This document shows, in pieces, positions 8,443 to 12,508 of a stretch of 12,508 nucleotides of DNA. Every line of letters begins with the position of its first letter. The stretch's first letter is position 1. Source of the stretch: Trichormus sp. ATA11-4-KO1 (GTDB taxonomy: Bacteria; Cyanobacteriota; Cyanobacteriia; Cyanobacteriales; Nostocaceae); NCBI GenBank assembly GCA_019358915.1, contig JAHHIM010000067.1, forward strand, positions 1 to 12,508, given 5' to 3'. Made by a program: the position numbers and the translations under genes. The notes under the pieces were generated by a model. It was not told where the DNA came from. It worked only from the letters and a program-made list of their open reading frames with translations, and made no database searches.

Positions 8443-9123
8443 TTAATTGTTGTCATTGTAATAAGACATACAATCCAATTTCCTAAGTTGTCTAATTTCT
8501 ATAGGCAAATCTTCCATTTTAATTTTGTTGAGATAAAGAGTTTGCCATTTTCCCAATTTTCCCATTTCCTTTGGGAGAGTTTTAAGCTGATTATTATAGA
8601 TATTGAGAAACTCCAAGTTGATGATTTTTCCCATTTCTTTGGGCAGACTACTCAATTGATTTTCATCGATACTCAACCATCTTAAATTAATAAGTTGTCC
8701 TATTTCTGGGGGGAGGCTGCTCAATTGATTTTTTTTAAGATTCAGAAGTTCTAAATTAACAAGTTGTCCGATTTCTCTGGGTAGACTACTTAGTTGGTTA
8801 TTGGCTAGATAAAGTTCACGCAAGTTACTTAGTTGTCCGATTTCTCTGGGCAGACTACTTAAACAGTTTCCAATAACAAAAAGTTCTTCAAGATTCTTCA
8901 GAAATCCAATTTCTGGAGGCAAATGCGTCAGGCAATTTCCTATGATACCAACAATAGCTCTATCTTTACCATATTCATATTTACCTAGAATCAATGTCTT
9001 GAGTTGAGTTAGTTTGCTAATTTCTGGAGGTAAAGCTGTTAACTCTTTTCCAGAAAGATCAAGTTCCTGAGCATCCTGTATTACTGCTTGCTCAATTACT
9101 TGTAGTAATTCTTTCTCAGTCAT
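8443..9123 (-). CDS. Leucine-rich repeat protein (226 aa), similar to the N-terminus of cyanobacterial LRR-Roc-COR proteins
   Basis: 23-aa repeats LxxLxLxxNQLSSLPxEIGQL; N-cap MTEKELLQVIEQA...ELDLSG; no GTPase domain. Confidence 0.88.
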   Translation of the reverse strand: MTEKELLQVIEQAVIQDAQELDLSGKELTALPPEISKLTQLKTLILGKYEYGKDRAIVGIIGNCLTHLPPEIGFLKNLEELFVIGNCLSSLPREIGQLSNLRELYLANNQLSSLPREIGQLVNLELLNLKKNQLSSLPPEIGQLINLRWLSIDENQLSSLPKEMGKIINLEFLNIYNNQLKTLPKEMGKLGKWQTLYLNKIKMEDLPIEIRQLRKLDCMSYYNDNN

Positions 9124-9434
9124 GGGTAGTTAATAATGGTTGACATTATATTTTAATTTATATTTCAGCAATAAACATTTCTGTTTTATGTGTTGTACTG
9201 AATTCTTTAGACAGATTGTTGTGTTCAGTAAAATAGTGGCGTGTCCGATAAAGCACTTAATGTAGTTCTGTGTGGACACAACTAATGCTTAAGATAAACA
9301 GAACCCAGGCAGCACCTCCCGTAGAAGCTACAACCCTGATTCTTTCGTTAAAAAGTTATTTGACTTTGGTGGGCGGTTACACCATCGCTAATCGCGTGCT
9401 GATTCCTCTGGTGTAAAATTTGGTATAGAAATAT

Positions 9435-10004
9435 TCAAAAATCCAAAGCAGAGATAGCGTTTTGCTTCTGCTTCTCAGTCACCCCCAGATAACGTTCCAA
9501 AGCTGCCAAAGTCCGATGCCCCGATATCTCCTGAATATGGCGCAACGGTATCCCCGCATCGCTCATCCTGGTTAACGCCGTCCTGCGAAAGCTGTGGGTA
9601 CTCACGCCCTCAATCCCCAGCCGCGCACAGGTATCTCTGAGGATTTTGTCAGCACTCACCTTGTGGATATGCCCCAACCCATGCCGTCCCGGAAACAAGA
9701 ACTCCTTGCGGCGGTTGGGGTTGTACTCTTCCAAATATTGCTTCAGCTTGGGATGCACTCGAATTTCCCTGGTGTCCCGCTTGCCTTTGGTGTTGACGCT
9801 ACGTAACACCAACACCCCTCTCACACCGTGACTCCCAAACACATCTAGAACTGCCAACGTGCAAGCCTCATTGATTCGGCAAGCAGCATAAAGGCACACG
9901 CCAAATAGAGCGCGATCGCGCGGGTTGACAAACCCCTCAGTAAATAGGACATTAATTTGATCGGGGGTAAGGATTTCTGCTCTACCGAAGCGGTTTATTT
10001 TCAT
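9435..10004 (-). CDS. Small tyrosine recombinase (catalytic domain only, 189 aa)
   Basis: Likely start MKINRFGRAEILT at 10004; catalytic R (ACRINE), K (TKG), HxxR (HSFRR), H (SGH) and Y (ERY). Confidence 0.9.
   Translation of the reverse strand: MKINRFGRAEILTPDQINVLFTEGFVNPRDRALFGVCLYAACRINEACTLAVLDVFGSHGVRGVLVLRSVNTKGKRDTREIRVHPKLKQYLEEYNPNRRKEFLFPGRHGLGHIHKVSADKILRDTCARLGIEGVSTHSFRRTALTRMSDAGIPLRHIQEISGHRTLAALERYLGVTEKQKQNAISALDF
9912..9919. other. HIP1 octamer GCGATCGC
   Basis: Direct match; the only copy I noticed in the window. Confidence 0.8.
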
Positions 10005-10393
10005 AGGGTCTAGCTTACATGATCTTCTTGCCGAAACACAATGTATGTGACCGAAAACCCTATGCTCTCGTGAGCAATGACACACGATTAACACAGACTT
10101 ATCATTCAGCCCGACTGCACGAACGCTACAATCCGCATTCTTTCGTTAGCTGATTAAACTTGCTTATGCTTGCAGCACAGTAGACAGTTGGAGGTATAAT
10201 CCGCATTAATAGGATTCGCTCATGTTGCGGCTGTCTCAACTGTCTACACTCGCTTCTATACCGCAGCTTGATAAATCATTGCTATCAAGCAAGTGATATC
10301 AACGTTTGCCAGCAGTCCCAGTCTCAGATTTTCACACTCAGCAGTCTGCCTGCACCAACATCCACACGGCTGTCTATACCGAAACCCAAGACT

Positions 10394-11194
10394 TTACTCT
10401 GTGCGCTCCTGTTCTGTAGGGGTTTGATAATTTACTACTTCTTTTGTAAGTTCCTCAACCGATAAATCAACTCCCTTTGCTACTTCGGAGATGCTGTAGC
10501 CCATGCTCAAAAAGCGTGCTGCTGCTTTTAATTTGGTTTCACGTTCCAAGTCTTTGTAAATTCGTGTTTCTTCAATGTTCAGTCCCAGCATAGCTTCCAC
10601 TTCCTCTCTACTCAACGAAGAAAATTTGTAAACAGCAATTGTGGTGATAATATCTATTATCTCGTTTTTCGGCAGTGTGCCAGTTGACTCTAATTGTACT
10701 CGCTCAATTAATAGACGCGCTTGCTCTGCCATCGTTTTATCTGATGCTAGAGTCAACTGCATTAAATTGATGCCTATTGGCAGAGTATCGGGATTACCTA
10801 ACTCATCCAAATAAATGCGTTGCACTTGGTCGCTGTTTAAAAATATGCGATGAGTTCTTGTATCGCTCGGTTCTAAACTGCGTGATGGGAAAATTACCAC
10901 ACAGTACCAGTCATCGTAGAAAGACCGATTCCGGTTCAAATACATCATTGATTCGGTAAAAAACCGATGATACAAACCTTCATCTTTTTGGAACTGAACT
11001 TCTGCAAAAAATATAACTTTGGTTGTTGCACCCTCTGGAGGTAAAAAGACCCCATCAATGCGAAAGGCGGTTTCTTTCACCTCAACCGACTCAAATCGAT
11101 AGTTCTGTGCCTGTTCAGGGCGGTCATCAACGAGTTCAAAAATTAACGCAGGGAAGCGTTTAAATATTTGGTAATAAATGGAGTCGCGTTTCAC
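10394..11194 (-). CDS. Rpn-family recombination-promoting nuclease / DUF2887 protein (266 aa)
   Basis: MKRDSIYYQIF, FESVEVKETAFRIDGVF, FAEVQFQKD, YKFSSLSREEVEAML and a C-terminal HTH-like tail; GTG start. Confidence 0.85.
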   Translation of the reverse strand: MKRDSIYYQIFKRFPALIFELVDDRPEQAQNYRFESVEVKETAFRIDGVFLPPEGATTKVIFFAEVQFQKDEGLYHRFFTESMMYLNRNRSFYDDWYCVVIFPSRSLEPSDTRTHRIFLNSDQVQRIYLDELGNPDTLPIGINLMQLTLASDKTMAEQARLLIERVQLESTGTLPKNEIIDIITTIAVYKFSSLSREEVEAMLGLNIEETRIYKDLERETKLKAAARFLSMGYSISEVAKGVDLSVEELTKEVVNYQTPTEQERTE

Positions 11195-11363
11195 TAAAAA
11201 ATCTCAAAAAAACTGGTTATTTAGTTATTAATTTTAACCCAGGATTGATATTATTTATAGTTTTAAATTATGTTATTTAATTTTATTTCTGATAGATAAT
11301 AAATCTGGCAAATAATTTGTTTGCTTGCCTCTGGGATTCCAAAGGAGGATATTTCGTGGTTAT

Positions 11364-11651
11364 TTAAGGTAATATAGGATTAATTATTACTTTTTCTGAG
11401 TTTGATATTCTCCTATCTTTAGTCAAATTATTATTAATTAGTTTTTGATAATTATGTAAACTATGATTTACGAAATTTTGAGTTATGCTTTCAATGGAAC
11501 TTTTAATTATAAAATTACTATCTTTATAGATATTACCTACCGCTAGAATCATAATACATAGCATTCCCATAGAAAAATAACGTAGTGCTGAACGATATAA
11601 ATCAATCATAAAATCAGTTACCCGGTCATTATAATCTTGACATTTGAGCAT
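11364..11651 (-). CDS. Hypothetical protein with one hydrophobic segment, probably a 3' gene fragment
   Basis: 95-aa ORF with YFSMGMLCIMILAVG; starts next to the point where the ATP-grasp gene breaks off. Confidence 0.35.
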   Translation of the reverse strand: MLKCQDYNDRVTDFMIDLYRSALRYFSMGMLCIMILAVGNIYKDSNFIIKSSIESITQNFVNHSLHNYQKLINNNLTKDRRISNSEKVIINPILP

Positions 11652-11655
11652 ATCA

Positions 11656-12075
11656 TTACATAATATTTATTGTCAGCCCTAATCTCTTTGCACGACTCAG
11701 TTGTTCTAACTTAGATGAAGCTAAGGCATTGTTTTTTGGATGGTTAATCCATAATTCAGCAGGAATATGCGACAGAAATCCTTCAATAGCTGCACTCCAT
11801 TCACTACGAGTATGTGCTTGCTCACCCTTCTCAAAATATTCACTTGCTGGAAGCTTAAGTGGCTGTGGCCTCCTGTACCATACAGAAGTTATTTCCTCTG
11901 GCACTAACTTCCGATGACCTAAAGAAAGTGATAGTTTGTTAGGTCGAAATAGCAACTCTGCTTTTCCGATTAGCTCATCAGTATTTAGTCTGACGTAATC
12001 ACATCTATTTTGCTCTAGTTTAGAACAAACATAGTCTACTGTCACATCTAATGAATTTGAAAGAACTACTATCAT
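11656..12075 (-). pseudogene. N-terminal half of an ATP-grasp RiPP maturase (MvdC/MvdD-like graspetide synthetase), truncated
   Basis: DxTxDxV, RLNTD, SVWYRRP, WINHP, SKLEQLSRAKRLGLTI; ends at 139 aa just where 'IPxTL' and the ATP-grasp core should begin. Confidence 0.8.
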
Positions 12076-12084
12076 TCAACTCTG

Positions 12085-12289
12085 CTATCTTGGAATCACA
12101 GTGAACTTTGTGTATGAGTAATCAATATCAGGATTTTCTCGCACTCTTGTTGAAGTTTGAGTTCCACGATTATCTGGATCTTGATCTAGTTCCTCACGAG
12201 AATCTGTATGAGTTTGAGTGCCAAGTAGAATATCACTTGAGTGAGTGTTTCCCTTTTCCTGAAACACTTTTTCTTGATATAAAGATATG
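12085..12289 (-). pseudogene. Graspetide (omega-ester peptide) precursor with two cores, 5' end replaced by the transposon end
   Basis: GTQTHTDSREELDQD and GTQTSTRVRENPDID (TxTxTxxRExxDxD, 19-aa period); the stop lies 9 nt upstream of the ATP-grasp start. Confidence 0.75.
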
Positions 12290-12352
12290 TGTTGCGGCTC
12301 GCAAACATAAACGCTCCGGCTTGCAAACAAGAAAATTGTTGGCTCAAATTAA
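12290..12352 (+). mobile_element. Second, inverted copy of the same transposon end
   Basis: 12290-12346 is identical to the reverse complement of 65-121; one mismatch follows, then ATTAA matches to 12352, where similarity stops abruptly. Confidence 0.8.
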
Positions 12353-12508
12353 GGGTCTTGGCAACTTTTGGTGATCTTGGCTGGGGGAAGGCAGAGGGCA
12401 GAGGGCAGAAGGCAGAAGTCGGAAGAGTAGAAGTAATAATTTCAACCCTTGAGTTTGTTTAAAGTAGCAACTAATATACTTTGCATTTCCTCAACCTCAT
12501 TCAAGATG
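12353..12508. mobile_element. Probable second MITE-like heptamer/four-helix-bundle cassette, partial, inserted in the transposon end
   Basis: Starts GGGTCTTGGCAACTTTTGGTGA at the breakpoint, followed by GGCAGA(G/A) x4 at about 12389-12416 and then a gene 3' end. Confidence 0.6.
12442..12508 (-). CDS. 3' end of a four-helix-bundle protein gene (runs off the window)
   Basis: Translates ILNEVEEMQSILVATLNKLKG*, colinear with VLEEVDRFQGILVSSIQKIKS* of the 7840-8013 fragment. Confidence 0.7.
   Translation of the reverse strand, partial: ILNEVEEMQSILVATLNKLKG

Noticed and set aside
5838..8685. Short plus-strand ORFs 5838..6062, 6932..7150, 7012..7200, 8133..8330 and 8260..8685
   Set aside because: Antisense to the RT, the intron RNA or the LRR gene.
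10005..10094. 30-aa N-terminal extension of the recombinase
   Set aside because: Non-family sequence from an alternative start; the ATG at 10004 is more plausible.
122..12289. A single transposon with this block as cargo
   Set aside because: The TGT termini face inward and the internal repeats lie outside, so the block is flank rather than cargo; no DDE transposase is present in it.
9594..12374. Short plus-strand ORFs 9594..9806, 9646..9831, 10268..10465, 10777..10959, 11729..11917 and 12108..12374
   Set aside because: Antisense shadows of better-supported minus-strand genes.

Overview
AT-rich accessory region, probably cyanobacterial (Nostocales-like heptamer and small dispersed repeats, one HIP1 octamer noticed) and plasmid- or island-like. 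Left: the 3' half of a DUF1156-type adenine methyltransferase cut by a TGT-terminated transposon end, a small PD-(D/E)XK nuclease and a DUF499 ATPase, i.e. part of a BREX-related 'restriction-like' defence locus. Centre: a minus-strand group II intron (5578-8327) with an intact RT/maturase/HNH ORF. It is inserted antisense into the domain VI loop of another intron remnant and carries in domain I a MITE (22-bp TIR, 8-bp TSD) whose cargo is a heptamer-flanked four-helix-bundle gene, itself disrupted by a smaller heptamer-flanked insert. Right: an LRR protein, a small tyrosine recombinase, an Rpn/DUF2887 protein and a broken graspetide (ATP-grasp RiPP) locus whose two-core precursor is cut by an inverted copy of the same transposon end. 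That end is in turn interrupted by a second heptamer/four-helix-bundle cassette. All family calls are from motif recognition by eye; no database searches were run.
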